The notes: generated from the letters alone by a model not told the origin. A DNA stretch of 64,000 nucleotides from Lama guanicoe (GCA_013239625.1 MU053431.1:1080485-1144484), one strand, 5' to 3'. Numbered from the stretch's first letter, positions 24,240 to 36,632 are shown. Numbers and translations: made by a program.

Positions 24240-26464
24240 GTTTAACATTTTTTTATTGAGTTATAGTCATTTTACAATGTTGTGTCAAATTCCAGTGTAG
24301 AGCACAATTTTTCAGTTATACATGAACATATATATATTCATTGTCACATTTTCTTCTCTGTGAGCTACCACAAGATCTTGTGTATATTTCCTTGTGCTAT
24401 ACAGTGTAATCTTGTCTATCTATTCTACAATTTTGAAATCCCAGTCTGTCCCTTCCCACCCCCCACCCCCTTGGCAACCACAAGTTTGTATTCTGTGTCT
24501 ATGAGTCTGTTTCTGTTTTGTATTTATGTTTTTTTTCTTTTTCTTTTGTTTTGTTTTGTTTTAGAGTCCACATATGAGCAATCTCATATGGTATTTTTCT
24601 GTCTCTTTCTGGCTTACTTCACTTAGGATGACATTCTCCAGGAGCATCCATCTTGCTGCAAATGGCATTATGTTGTCATTTTTATGGCTGAGTAGTATTC
24701 CATTGTATAAACATACCACATGTTCTTTATCCAGTCATCTGTTGATGGACATTTAGGCTGTTTCCATGTCTTGGCTGTTGTAAATAGTGCTGCTATGAAC
24801 ATTGGGGTGCAGGTGTCATCCTGAAGTAGGGTTCCTTCTGGATATATGCCCAGGAGTGGAATTCCTGGGTCATATGGTGAGTCTATTCCTAGTCTTTTCA
24901 GGAATCTCCACACTGTTTTCCATAGTGGCTGCACCAAACTGCATTCCCACCAGCAGCATAGGAGGGTTCCCTTTTCTCCACAGCCTCTCCAGCATTTGTC
25001 ATTTGTGGACTTTTGAATGATGGCCATTCTGGCTGGTATGAGGTGATACCTCATCATAGTTTTGATTTGCATTTCTCTGATAATTAGTGATATTGAGCAT
25101 TTTTCATGTGCCTATTGATCATTTGTATGTCTTCCTTGGAGAATTGCTTGTTTAGGTCTTCTGCCATTTTTAGATTGGGTTGTTTATTTTCTTCTTGTTG
25201 AGTCATATGAGCTGCTTGTATATTCTGGAGATCAAGCCTTTGTTGGTTTCATTTGCAAAAATGTTCTCCCATTCTGTAGGTTATCTTTTTGTTTTACTTA
25301 TGGTTTCCTTTGCTGTGCAGAAGCTTGTAAGTTTCACTAGGTCCCATTTGTTTATTCTTGCTTTTATTTCTATTGCTTGGGTAGACTGTCCTAGGAGATC
25401 ATTTTTGAGATGTATGTCAGATAATGTTTTGCCTGTATTTTCCTCTAGGAGGTTTATTGTATCTTGTCTTATATTTAAGTCTTTGATCCATCTTGAGTTG
25501 ATTTTTGTGTATAGTGTAAGGGAGTGTTCTAGCTTCATTGCTTTACATGCTGCTGTCCAGTTTTCCCAACACCATTTGCTGAAGAGACTGTCTTTATTCC
25601 ATTGCAAATTCTTGCCTTCTTTGTCGAAGATTAGTTGACCAAAAGTTTGTGGGTTCACTTCTGGGCTCTCTGTTCTGTTCCATTGGTCCATATGTCTGTT
25701 TTTGTACCAATACCAGGCTGTCTTGATGACTGTAGCTCTAAAGTATTGTCTGATGTCTGGAAGAGTTATTCCTCCAGCCTCTTTCTTTTTCTTCAGTAAT
25801 GCTTTGGCAATTCTAGGTCTTTTGTGGTTCCTATAAATTTTATTATGATTTGTTCTAGTTCTGTGAAATATGTCCTGGGTAATTGGATAGGGATTGCATT
25901 AAATCTGTAGATTGCCTTGGGCAGTGTGACCATTTCAACAATATTGATTCTTCCAATCCAGGAGCATAGGATATCTTTCCATTTTTTAAAGTCTTCTTTA
26001 ATTTCCTTCATCAATGGTTTATAGTTTTCTGTGTATAATTCTTTCACCTCCTTAGTTAGATTTATTCCTAGGTATTTTATAACTTTGGGTGCTATTTTAG
26101 AGGGGATTGTTTCTTTACTTTCTTTTTCTGTTGATTCATCGTTAGGGTAAAGAAGCGCAACTGATTTTTGAACGTTAATCTTGTAACCTGCTACCTTGCT
26201 GAATTCTTCCATCAGCTCTAGTACTTTCCGTGTGGACCTTTTAGGGTTTTCTACATATAGTAACATGTCTTTGGCATATAGTGACACTTTTACCTCTTCT
26301 TTTCCAATTTGAATCCCTTTTATTTCTCCCTCTTGTGTGATTGCTGTGGCTAGGACTTCCAAGACTGTGTTGAATAGGAGTGGTGATAGTGGGCAGCCTT
26401 GTCTTGTCCCCGATTTTAGTGGGCAGGTTTTGAGTTTTTTACCGATGAGTGCTGTGCTGGCTGT
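24240..26464 (-). mobile_element. Relatively young 5'-truncated L1 (~2.2 kb; ORF2 C-terminal half plus 3' UTR)
   Basis: Frameshift-separated ORF2 pieces at 25793-26362, 25281-25691 and 24668-25072 (e.g. [18 protein letters not shown]). 20-bp TSD tagagaatcccgtaagattt (24220-24239) / tagagaatcctgtaggattt (26465-26484) with 2 mismatches. Confidence 0.95.
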
Positions 26465-29099
26465 TAGAGAATCCTGTAGGATTTTGGTGTCCTGAAGACT
26501 GAGAAATTAGAAGATCGAAGCAAATACATTAAGAAAAATGAGTCATATGTGCTAAGTCCCACGTAAAAAAAAGTAAGAGAAAAAAGTAGGAAGCAAACAC
26601 GCTGATATTGCGTTGCTCACTTTTGTGGCCTGGGGCATGGGTGGCAGCAGTCCTGGGTGGCCCTCTCCCGTGGGGAAGTGTCGCATGTAGCAGGGTCACA
26701 TCCATCTCCCCTGCTTCTTACAGGGGCTCCTGAAGGCCCACCAAGCTCAGGAACCTGCATTCACCCTGCACCGAGGCAGACAGTGCAGGAGGTGGCATGT
26801 GGCATTTCTGGGCTGAGCACAAAGCTCCCTGGCTGACTGGGAACTCTGGTCCCTTTGTGCCTGGGGAGGGGCATTGTGGGGAGACCCAGCGTCATTTCAC
26901 CCTGACTCTGTGCCAGCACTGTCCTTGTCCCCAGGGGCACTGTAAGCAGGAAGCCAGGGCAGCGCCCTGCCCTAAGAAGCTTGGCAGTCCTGGAGGACAC
27001 GAGCAAGAAGCAGGGAAATCAGGAGTTCCAGGGACAAAGGGAGGGAAGGTGACAGAATCCAAAATGGGGTGACACGGTGGGAAGGGGCGGTAACCGTGGG
27101 CTGGTTCAGCCTGGGGTCCAGTGACTTCCCTCTGACATGCGTGCCAAGCCCAGAGAGATGGGTGGGAGCTGGCACTGCCAGGAACCTGCAGGGTCCTGAC
27201 CACACCGTCCGTCATGGTCCCGGTGCCTTGTCTGGATCCAGTCTGGGAACTTTCTGAGGCGGAAGGGCTCTCTCAGGCCCTCATACTGGGGCCACGGCCA
27301 GCCCCTCACCCCTCGCCCAGCACCCCACTGGCCTGAGCAAGAGCTCGTGGGCATGCGACGGCCCAGCAGCCCTCTGGCCCCTAAAAGAGGAGCGTGTTTA
27401 CCCTGCAGAGACAGAAGCAGACTGAAAATTTTAAAGTAAGCAGGAGGCAGGAAGTGGGTTGAAGATGAAACAAAGAAAAAGTTGGGTGGAACGTGCTGTG
27501 GTAGGTAATTGACTCAGGGCCGCCTGCAACCAGCTACAGCATTGCCTCTGAGCTTCCCGGTGGCCAAAGCGAAGAGGGAAGCCTCCTTAGAACAATTCGC
27601 AGGAAAAGACAAAGGGCCTCTGGGTGAGAGGAGTGATTCCTGCCCTAAGACGTCAGACGTTTCTTGGAAAGTCTGCCCTCTCGGAGCTCATTCGCCGTTT
27701 CTGTGGCCAGACACCGTGCTTGTGACCTTTCTGAGCAGCGTTCGCACATTGATCAATTAATTTAAACCCACGTTTGTTAGGGTTTCGTACAGGAGTTCAT
27801 TTATTCAGTGCTAATGTGCCATGAACCCCCTGGTGTCTCAGAAGAATGTACTTTATGGCTCTTTCCCTTCGAAAGAGAGACTGCAGCCCAGCAGTGCGCA
27901 GGACGGCACCCTTCTGAGTTCCCTTCCTTCTGGAAGGCTGGCCCCCCAACTTCCCGTGGCCGAGCTGCAGCTCCTGCTTCCTCACCGATGGTGACGGAAC
28001 CCCAGACAAGATGGTGAGACCACCTGGCAGACTGAGCGGCTCAGCCAAGCCTTGGTTACACATTATCCCAAAGCCTTGGTGCTCCCTGGTGATTGGAGGG
28101 TCCCAGGCAGACAGGCTGAAAAGACGTTATGAACACCTGCGTGGAGACAGCGCCGCTGGTGGCACCATCTTTCATGTCCTGAGGGTCTCCTGACCCCGAC
28201 GGCGTCTGTGCCCTGACAGGTCCCAGGTTCCTGCGGGCAGTGCCCCACTTTCCCGCCGGGGCACCTCCAGCATCTCTGCTATCTCTGATAGCAGCACCCA
28301 CACTGCCCTCAGGGGCCCCCAAACCTCTGTGCCTATTTTTTTTAGATTACATCTGCACTGTCACTCAGTCCTGAAGAAATATGAACAGCCCCCCGCCTGC
28401 TGCTGTCCAATCTCATTCGTGTTATTAGAAATTTGCTTTCAGAGAACAAAGGGCTTACTGATGTACTTGGCGCTAATCTCCCAGCCATCACAGAGCTGTC
28501 ATTTTTATCTTTGTCAGTGACAACTGGGCGTCAGAAATGATTGATCCACTCAGTTTGTTGCTGATTTTAATTTGTTTACCGTTGGGGCGAACGGTACTAC
28601 AAAAACAGTTTGGAATTTCCTGTCACTTGAAAAGAAAGTGATTACTCCCTCGATGGGGGGATATTTCCATGGAGCCACAGCCCAGGCGTCCCTTGGTGGC
28701 CCTCGTCCCCCGAGGACCCCTGTCTGTGTGGCTCTGGAGTCGGTACACACGTGGGAGTCCCTGGTTTCATCTCATTTAAAACCACTTTTATATTAAACCC
28801 ACAAACGGGAGGTGCCGGGAGCCGGGGAGAGGGCTGAGTGAAGTATTTGAGACGAGGGAACACACACGTTATTTATTATTTCAAGGCCGCAACAACACAA
28901 GGTGAACACGGGGCGGAGAGGGGAGCACTTTTTCAAACGTAACAGCGAGGAGCTTCTTTTAGTTTCTAGAATAAATAGTAATTAAATCACGTAAGCTGTG
29001 ACAGTGAAATTGCTTCAAAAACCAGTCCTCCCGCTATAATTGCCGAGACACCCACATTGTTATAAACACTAGGTAACTTTATCCGTCGTTTTTATCAGC

Positions 29100-29940
29100 A
29101 GAATGTGGCACCGCCCGTGGGCGCCTCGTAATTCCCCGGGGCGTTGGGCAGCGGCGGCAGAGGACACGGAGAAAATCGCCCCAGCGCACGCCCAGTGACG
29201 GTGCCCCCTCCTGCGGGGCTGCGGGGGCACGAGCGGCCGGGCAATGGAGCCCTTCGGTGGGGCTGGTAACTCGGTGCCTAACTCACGTTTGGGAAGCAGA
29301 GCAGGGTCAGCAGTCCGGCCGCCTCACGGGGAAAGCGCTTGGCGGAGCCGAGGTCGCTGGGCAGCCGCTGCGGGGAGGGGCGTACTCGCCACCGCACGCC
29401 GCCCGGCCCCGGCGCCGGTAGAACCCAGAGTGAGTCGTTACCAGGAGACGCTGCAGAAATGGAGAACAGCTGTGTCTCAGACCTCATGGCAGGGTATCCG
29501 CTGCTTCCCGCCCCCTTTTCTAAGTCTTCAGCTAGTTCCCTAAGGGGTAGAGAGAAAACCCAACACTGAAGGTCGAAATACCAGTTAAACCGCTGCGTCC
29601 TAGAAGCGCTAGAGACCGAGGACCCTGCCGGGAGCCTGCCCGGCCGCCCTGACCCTCTCCTCCCTCCTCTTGCAGTCACGTTCAGCAGCTGTCTGGGCAC
29701 CCAGGGGACGCAGTATGAGACCAACAGTGTGGACTTCAAAGTCGGGGCCGACGGGACGGTCTTCGCCGCCCGGGAGCTGCGGATCCCCTCGGAGCAGGTG
29801 GCGTTCACCGTGACGGCGCGGGACCGCCGGACGGCCAAGCGATGGGACACGGTGGTGCGGCTGCTGGTGGCCCAGACGGCGTCCGCACACTCGGGACACA
29901 AGGTGAGGCGTGACCGCGTGGGGGCTGGGTGGGCGCCCTT
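29100..29940. promoter_or_regulatory. CpG-island-like region over and upstream of exon 3
   Basis: Dense CpG and high GC by eye, ending abruptly in CpG-poor sequence after about 30000. Not computed. Confidence 0.55.
29676..29902 (+). CDS. CDH4: Cadherin-4 (R-cadherin) internal coding exon, prodomain (exon 3 by human numbering), 227 nt
   Basis: Translates (V)[75 protein letters not shown], which I recognise as the R-cadherin prodomain. Upstream are a branch-like ccctgAc (29647-29653), a pyrimidine tract and tgcag|. The donor is AAG|gtgagg. Phase 1 start, phase 0 end. Confidence 0.96.
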
Positions 29941-31749
29941 TCTCCCTCAGGTGGCCGGTGCAGAGGCTGACACCAAGTGGGCTGTGCTGGCCCAAGGCCC
30001 CCCGACCTCCCACCTTCCCCAGGCAGGGCTGCCCCCAGGCCAGTGCTTGGGCCTCCGCCCAATTTAATGCACAGCTGTCACCACCTTGACCATCTTAATA
30101 CTCTTGAACGAGGGCCCCACCGTTCCATCTCTCACTGGGCACCCCTGCTGAGGCTGTAGCCCATCAGCCCCGGGGCTCCCAATGCCTGGAGGGGTGAGAA
30201 GTGCAACCGAGGCCAAGGGCTGGCCCTGCAAGGAGTGGCTGGTGCAGGACTGGTCCAGAGAGAGACGGGAGGGGGCAGGAGAGAGCGCTTCACATAGACA
30301 CACCCCGGCCGGTGCCATCCAGCCTCCCCTCCCCGATCCCACTTCATTTCTAACTCAGCTGCATGGACGGGAGGGGTGAATTCACCCTCCCAGGCCCTTA
30401 CAATCCTCTCACCCCTGCATGTCCTGGGGCCAGACCTGTCAGCCCCAGGACCCTCACATTAGGTCCCCGTGTCAGAGAGAGACTAGCTCTGTCCACCTTT
30501 CACCCACCCTGTGTTTCGGCAGCTGCGCTGGCCTCAGGCATGGGGGCTCCCAGATCAGCAGAGAACTTGCAGCCCAGCCAGCCTGCATGACGGGTCCAGC
30601 TGCAGACGTCCGTCTGTGAGAAGGGTGGGCCCGTGGGGAGGGAGACTGTGTGCGGAAAGCCTTACGGTCAGCCTGAGGCCTTGGGGTCGTGGTGTCACGT
30701 CATGTGTGTGGGTCACCAGCCAAAGCAGGGCAGGCCGCGAGGGACAGTGCTCCCAGGGACTCCCTCGCGAAGGGGCCCTGAGGAGTGAAGGTTACACCAA
30801 GTGGACCAGATCCCTTTCTAGAGATTTGCCCAAACCTTGCAGGACTAACGTGTGGTTAGTGGGAGACAGTCCGCAAGTTTCCCCAAACCTGTTTGACCAA
30901 GGAACCCAATTCATGAGACATCTTGCAAGGCAGGTGCTCCAAGGAACCCACTTTGGGGAAACAGTGTTTTGTCTTGTCTTGTTGTTAAACAAGGAGGTGG
31001 AGGAGGTTTCGTTTGGAAAGAGGAAGTGGTGCCGTGGTGGACAGGCTTCAATCGGGTGGTGAGCTGCCCCCGGCGGGAAGGAGGTTTTGAGCAGCCTCGT
31101 GGGTGCGCCCAACCAGGGGTCGGAGCGCGCCTCTATAGCGTGAGCCTCGCCTTGGGGGTGTTGAAACCCTGAGGCAGACGGACGTGGTTTTCCCCTCCTT
31201 CCTGAGGGATTATCACAAGCCACGCCCTGGTGAGAAGGCACGTGGCCCACGTGGGGGCCCCTCCCTGCAGTGGGAAGGCTCGCATCCCTGACTAGAGGCA
31301 GCAGCTGCACCTTGTGGGCAAAGGGCGGGGCTCCTGAGGGCCCACCGTGGGCCTCAGATAAAAGGCACTAATTCAGAATCTAATGACCCCTTTGCTCAGG
31401 CATGTTAATGAAGCAGTTTCTGATGTAGTTAATCCCCTGACCCTCCAACAAGGTGACTGCAGTTAGACGTTCCCCAGGAGGGCCCATGGCAGGCAGGCCC
31501 GAGAAGCACCCAAACCGCAGAACAGGCTCAGAGCATCCTTGGGGTGCCTGTGGGGTCGCACCTGAGTACATGAAATGTGGTCATGCAGGCGGCAGGCAGT
31601 CCCTGCGGCCTGCTGAGCTCGCCCCTCCCTGCTTATTCCATTGCTGTCGTTCCTGTGGCTCCCAGCTCCTCTTCCTTCAGACCCAAAGAGCCCTACCTGC
31701 CTCTCCTGGACCCCATCTAGACCCCACCCCAAGTGTGTCAGCACCGATC

Positions 31750-32130
31750 CTCACAGCATCTCCAGAAGTGGGCGCTGTCATTGTCCCCATTGTACAGGTG
31801 GGGATGTGGAGTCATGGGACCACTTGTGGCCTCTCTGCTGCATGGGAGAGCCAATATTCCGGAAAGGAGTGAGGAATGGCTTTCTAGGGACGGCCAAGCC
31901 CAGCGTCATAACGCAGCCTGATTGCCCTGAGCTGTCAGTTCGGGTCAAGGCTTCTCCAGTTCCCTGGCTGATGTTCTGGGACAAACCATACAACCTCTCT
32001 GAGGTTTGCTGCTCTGGGAAATGGGACTGTGATACTGCCTCCATCCCACCCAAGGTGGTGGAGAGGTTCATGTGAGTTTACATGAGGTCAGGCAGGTTGT
32101 AGGCTCTATGAGAGCCAAGCAGAAAAAGCA
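31750..32130. mobile_element. Two MIR fragments in opposite orientation
   Basis: gtcattgtccccattgtacaggtggggatgtggagtc and gggacaaaccatacaacctctctgaggtttg...ggaggttcatgtgag are MIR core-like. Confidence 0.5.
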
Positions 32131-33019
32131 AAAAACACATAGCTCTCATTGCTGCCATTGGCTTGGTCCCAGCCTTCTCAGTCCTGTGGTCATCACGGCC
32201 TCAGGGTGGTGCCTGGGGGACAGGGAGGAAGGTCTGTGTGGGACACTGGGTCACTTAGTTGATATGCCCTTACAGAGACCAGTGCCAGCCTTTGAATACC
32301 GTCGCTCTGTGTAGATGGATTATGGTGATGCCAGATAGCTGGTGTCCTTAGTCACCTGCCACACTGCCAGAAGCAAATGTCAATCTTCTCCAGTGGAAGG
32401 TAGCATACTCGGCCTCATGTTATATCTACCTCCTTTAGGTACAATGTCTAGCACTCAACCAAAAATGGCTGGAGGGACAAAACAAGTTAAATAAAAATCA
32501 AGAGAAAGAGCAGGTGACAATCTAAGACCCACAGGGCTTCAGGTAATGGAGCTATCAGACACAGATTTTACAACTATTGTGCTTACTATGTTCAAGCGCA
32601 TTAAATGCAAGATTTTGACAGAGGATTGGAAGGTATAAAAAGGAATTAATTGGACAATTTGGGACTGAAAAAATAACAAAAAATTAAGAGCTCATTGGAT
32701 AGATAGAGCTGCAGATTAGACACAGCTGAAGAGAGAATTAGCAAAGTAAAAAACATCAGAAGAAATACTCAGGCCAAAGTGTAAAGAGAGCCAGACAGAA
32801 AACACAAGCGGAAAGAGTAAGAGACACTGAGAAAATGATAAGAAGTTCTAACATGAATGTGTTAGGAATGTGAGGGGGAGAGATGACATGGAACAAAAGT
32901 AATATTTGAAAAGACAATGGCAGAAAATATTCCAAAACTGACAAAAGACATCCAGGCATAAATTAAAAAAGCTCCGTGCACGCTAAGCAGGATAAATACA
33001 AAAAAACTACACTCCGGCA

Positions 33020-33372
33020 CCGTCTTAATCTGTTTAATATGTTACAGCAAAATGCTGGGGGCTTACAGACAACAGATGCATTTTTCACTGTTCTGGAGGC
33101 TGGAAGTCTGGGTCAGAGTGGCACAGGGTCGAGTTCCCAGGAGGGGCGTCTTCCAGACGGCCGCCTTCGGACTTCTTGCAACCTCATGTGGCAGAGAGTG
33201 CAGACAGGAGGCCGGCTCTGTCACGACCCTTACAGACACCAGTCCCACACAGGGGCTCCACCCTCGGGACCTCGCCGGACCTGACCACCTCCTAAGGCCC
33301 CACGTCCTCATACCGTCACAGTGGGAGGTGGGGTTTCAGCACATGAATTTGGCCGGGGGGACGCAGTTCACA
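33020..33372 (-). mobile_element. MLT1A-like MaLR LTR nested in the L1
   Basis: ggcttacagacaacagatgcatttttcactgttctggaggctggaagtc...ggtttcagcacatgaatttgg. Confidence 0.75.
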
Positions 33373-36300
33373 ATAGGCATTTTATGGTAAAATAACTGAA
33401 AACCAAAGCCAAGGAGATACTCTTAGAAGGAACTGACAAGACAGAGTTTCCTTGAAAGAGTAACGATCGGACGCGAAGCTGACTTCTCGACGGGAGCTGT
33501 GGAGCTCAGAAGACAACGAGGTGGTATTTTTTAAGCGCTAAAAGAAAACAGAATTCTGTTGTCCAGTAAAACTGCCCTTCAAGAAGTAAAGGTGAATAAA
33601 GACATTTTTAAACAAACAGGCACTGAAAAAACCTGTCACAAGCTGTGTTCGTCAAGCAGAAACAAGACGACTAGATGTCGAAGACCCAGAACGGGGAGAT
33701 GAGGGAGCAGGGGGAGCGCCAGGGCAGTCACGGCGTGGCGTCCGGGCGCCGTGAAGCAGACGGCCCAGTCGTGACAGGAGCGGCGCAGACGCCGAGCAAG
33801 GATAAGTGGAGCCAGAGAGAGCCAGGGTGCTTGCGCTGTCCTGACAGGGATGGAAATGCCAGACCAATGTGACCCTTGGACAAGACAAATCACTGAGGCC
33901 CGCGGTGGCAGATCCCTGACTCTAAACTGCACATGGAACATTGACCAAGGTAGACGATATTCTAGGTCAAAAGTACATCTTGGCTTCTGGGGTTACCTAA
34001 GACCTCATAGTGGCTAAACTAGAACTAAACTGATTAAAAAATAGATCTATTGTAATAACAGATATTTATTTCTCCTGGCATTTTCACATAATTCTAACAC
34101 TTACGTATGAAGACGTTCTGCTCTCGCTGGATAATTTAGCAGTGACACAGCACTGCGCAGAGGACAGCTAAATCCCTCTCATTCTACATATATTCCGTGC
34201 TCAAGTATTTTCACCTCTTCTTGTCTTCATATTTAGGCAATATTTTTTAAGAGCCTGAAATAATATAATTTGTCCCTTTCCTCGGCAATCGATGTGAATT
34301 TGCAAAGAAACATTCTTTCTTAAACAAAACAAGTCATACAATTAAGTTCTAACATAATAGATGGAAAAAGTAGAATAATAAAACTTAGCAATCCAAAAAA
34401 ATGCAAGAAAAGAGAAATGGAAGGGCAGAGCGGGTGAGACATTTCTCTCTGAATAAGATAGATTTGCAAACATACTATTCATGGTAATAAATGAAGATAG
34501 ATTAACTCTTGTAATTAAAAGGGAACAAATTGGAAGATTACACTTTTGCAGCTTACAAAGGATACATCTAAAAAGTGTGAGGACAGAGGATGTGAAAGCA
34601 GAACATGGTGGAGGGAACACCAAGCAAGTACCAACCAAAACACAGTTGGTGGGGCTTCTGTTAGTATAAGAGTCAAATCTCTGTGCACTTGGTAAAATGA
34701 CTTTGAAATATTTAAGCAAAAATTGATAGAACTAACAGAAGAAATAAGCAAATATGCTATCCATGGTAAATCTGATTTAACATCTCTGCATAAATAACAG
34801 AACAAGCAGACGAAGCGTCGGTCCGGGGACGGACCACCAGGAGCTCGGGAGGAAGACGTGTGACCTTAGCAGGACGTATATGAAACACAGAAACCACCCG
34901 CTGCTAAATGCAGGTTATTCTCAAGCACACTCAGAACATTGACAAAATGAGCCACAGGCTGAGTCGTCAAGTGAATTTCAACACGCTTCCAAAGTTTAGA
35001 GTCAAAACATAGTTTGTGTTCTTACCCGAGATCAATTAAACTAGAAAACCAATAACAACAACAAAAAATAAAACCTGAAAAATCCCCATGGACTTGAAGT
35101 CAAGTAAACACCTTCTTACTAGCCCTTGGGTAGAAAAGAAATCATGTGGAAACGAGAGAAGGCTTTGAACCGAGCAATGAGCCTCCTGGGCTGCGCCTGA
35201 AGCCATGCCAGGTGGGCCTGGTTGGCCCTAAATACATCTACTAGGGGATGACAGAGGCAGGAAATCGGCGAGTTTAACATTCATCTCAAGAAATTATAAA
35301 AGGAACAGGAAATGAAACACAAGCAAAATAGAAGGAAATAGTAAAACCAAGCGGAGACAACAGGGAAACAGGAAGGGACAGGACCAGCCAAGACAAAAGG
35401 GGGCTCTTCACTAACCTGGAGGCTGAGTTTAAAAAGTAAAAGCGCAAATAATCCCCATCGGGAATGAAGGAGGACGAGGTGACCGGCGGCACGGGCACCA
35501 GAAAGGTCACCTGCGGGATTAGGGAACGTTCATACCAATATGTTTGAAAATATACGTGAAACAGATGACATTTTAGAAATGCACAGTTTACCAAGACTAA
35601 CATGAAAGGAAAACCTGAACTGTTTTGTTATGACTAACAAAACTGTAACTCACAAAGGCATGCCCACATCATCGTGGCCCCACTGGTAAGCCGCACCCAA
35701 ACCCTAAGGGGTTAAAGCTCACCTTACGAGGCGGGTCGCTTCCCCAGCCAAACAGGCGCCCGTTGAAAACCAGCAAGAACTTCGCCCAAAGCCGGCAAGA
35801 ACCTTGAACACACGGTGAGAGACAGAGGGTCGTTACATGCCAGTCCGCGCGTAAACGAAAGGGGGGAGTAAGCAAGACACGAACTCCCTCGAATCCAGCC
35901 GCGTTTGCGTGGGTAAGTTACCGCCACATTGGTCTGCCCCGAGAATGCAGGCTTCGGTTTAACACTTGAAAATTAATCCAAGTAACTGAACGCAGAATGA
36001 AGGATAAACATCACATGATCATCTGAATAACGCCCGTTAAATTTAACTTCCACTCAGGATGAAAACATTCAGCCAGTCAGGAAAAGAGGAGACCATTCTT
36101 AATCTCACGAAGTCCCATCTACTGACGTCCTCAAACCTTCCCTGACGTCAGAAATAGGGCAAGGACACTCTTACGTCACATGCCAGAGCTTCAAGCCAGT
36201 GAGGTTAGGCAAGAGAAGGAAATTGGAATACACAGAACTAGCGTTATGTGTACTTTATGTGGTTGCAGAAAATCTGAATGCAGAAAATCTGAATCTGTAG

Positions 36301-36481
36301 ATGACTTTCTGGAATTAATGAATGATGTTGGATGCAAAAGCACCTCTATGGACCAGGAATAAACAGAAAATAAAACTTGCAATTACAATAGCATTAAAAT
36401 GAGCATATAACTAGTTATAGACCTAACAAAACATTTAGAAGACCCTGTATATTACTGAGAACAATTAAAAGAATTTCTTTT

Positions 36482-36632
36482 GGGGAGGAGGGTATAGCTC
36501 AGCGATAGAGCGCATGCTCAGCATGCACGAGGTCCTGGGTTCAATCCCCAGCACCTCCATTAAAAATAAATAAATACATACATATACCTAATTACCTCCC
36601 CTCCCCCCAAAAAAACAAAACAAAACAAAAAA
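36482..36632 (+). mobile_element. vic-1-like tRNA-derived SINE (best-preserved copy)
   Basis: gagggtatagctcagcgatagagcgcatgctcagcatgcacgaggtcctgggttcaatccccagcacctcc plus an A-rich tail. aatttc(t/c)tt is repeated on both flanks. Confidence 0.92.

Larger units (their letters stand above)
1..29675 (+). other. CDH4: 3' part of the large CDH4 intron 2
   Basis: No signal-peptide or upstream cadherin exon recognised. Classical cadherins have a very large intron 2. Confidence 0.8.

Noticed and set aside
24668..26362. Functional reverse transcriptase or novel retroelement system
   Set aside because: Ordinary truncated L1 ORF2 with frameshifts and a mutated catalytic motif.
29903..30067. Continuation of the cadherin ORF past 29902
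   Set aside because: Cadherin similarity ends at the AAG|gtgagg donor. The remainder is intron read-through.
36482..36560. Possible tRNA-Ala gene (also at 4156, 14281 and 46771)
   Set aside because: The tRNA-like head is followed by a shared non-tRNA body, an A-rich tail and TSDs, so it is a SINE.
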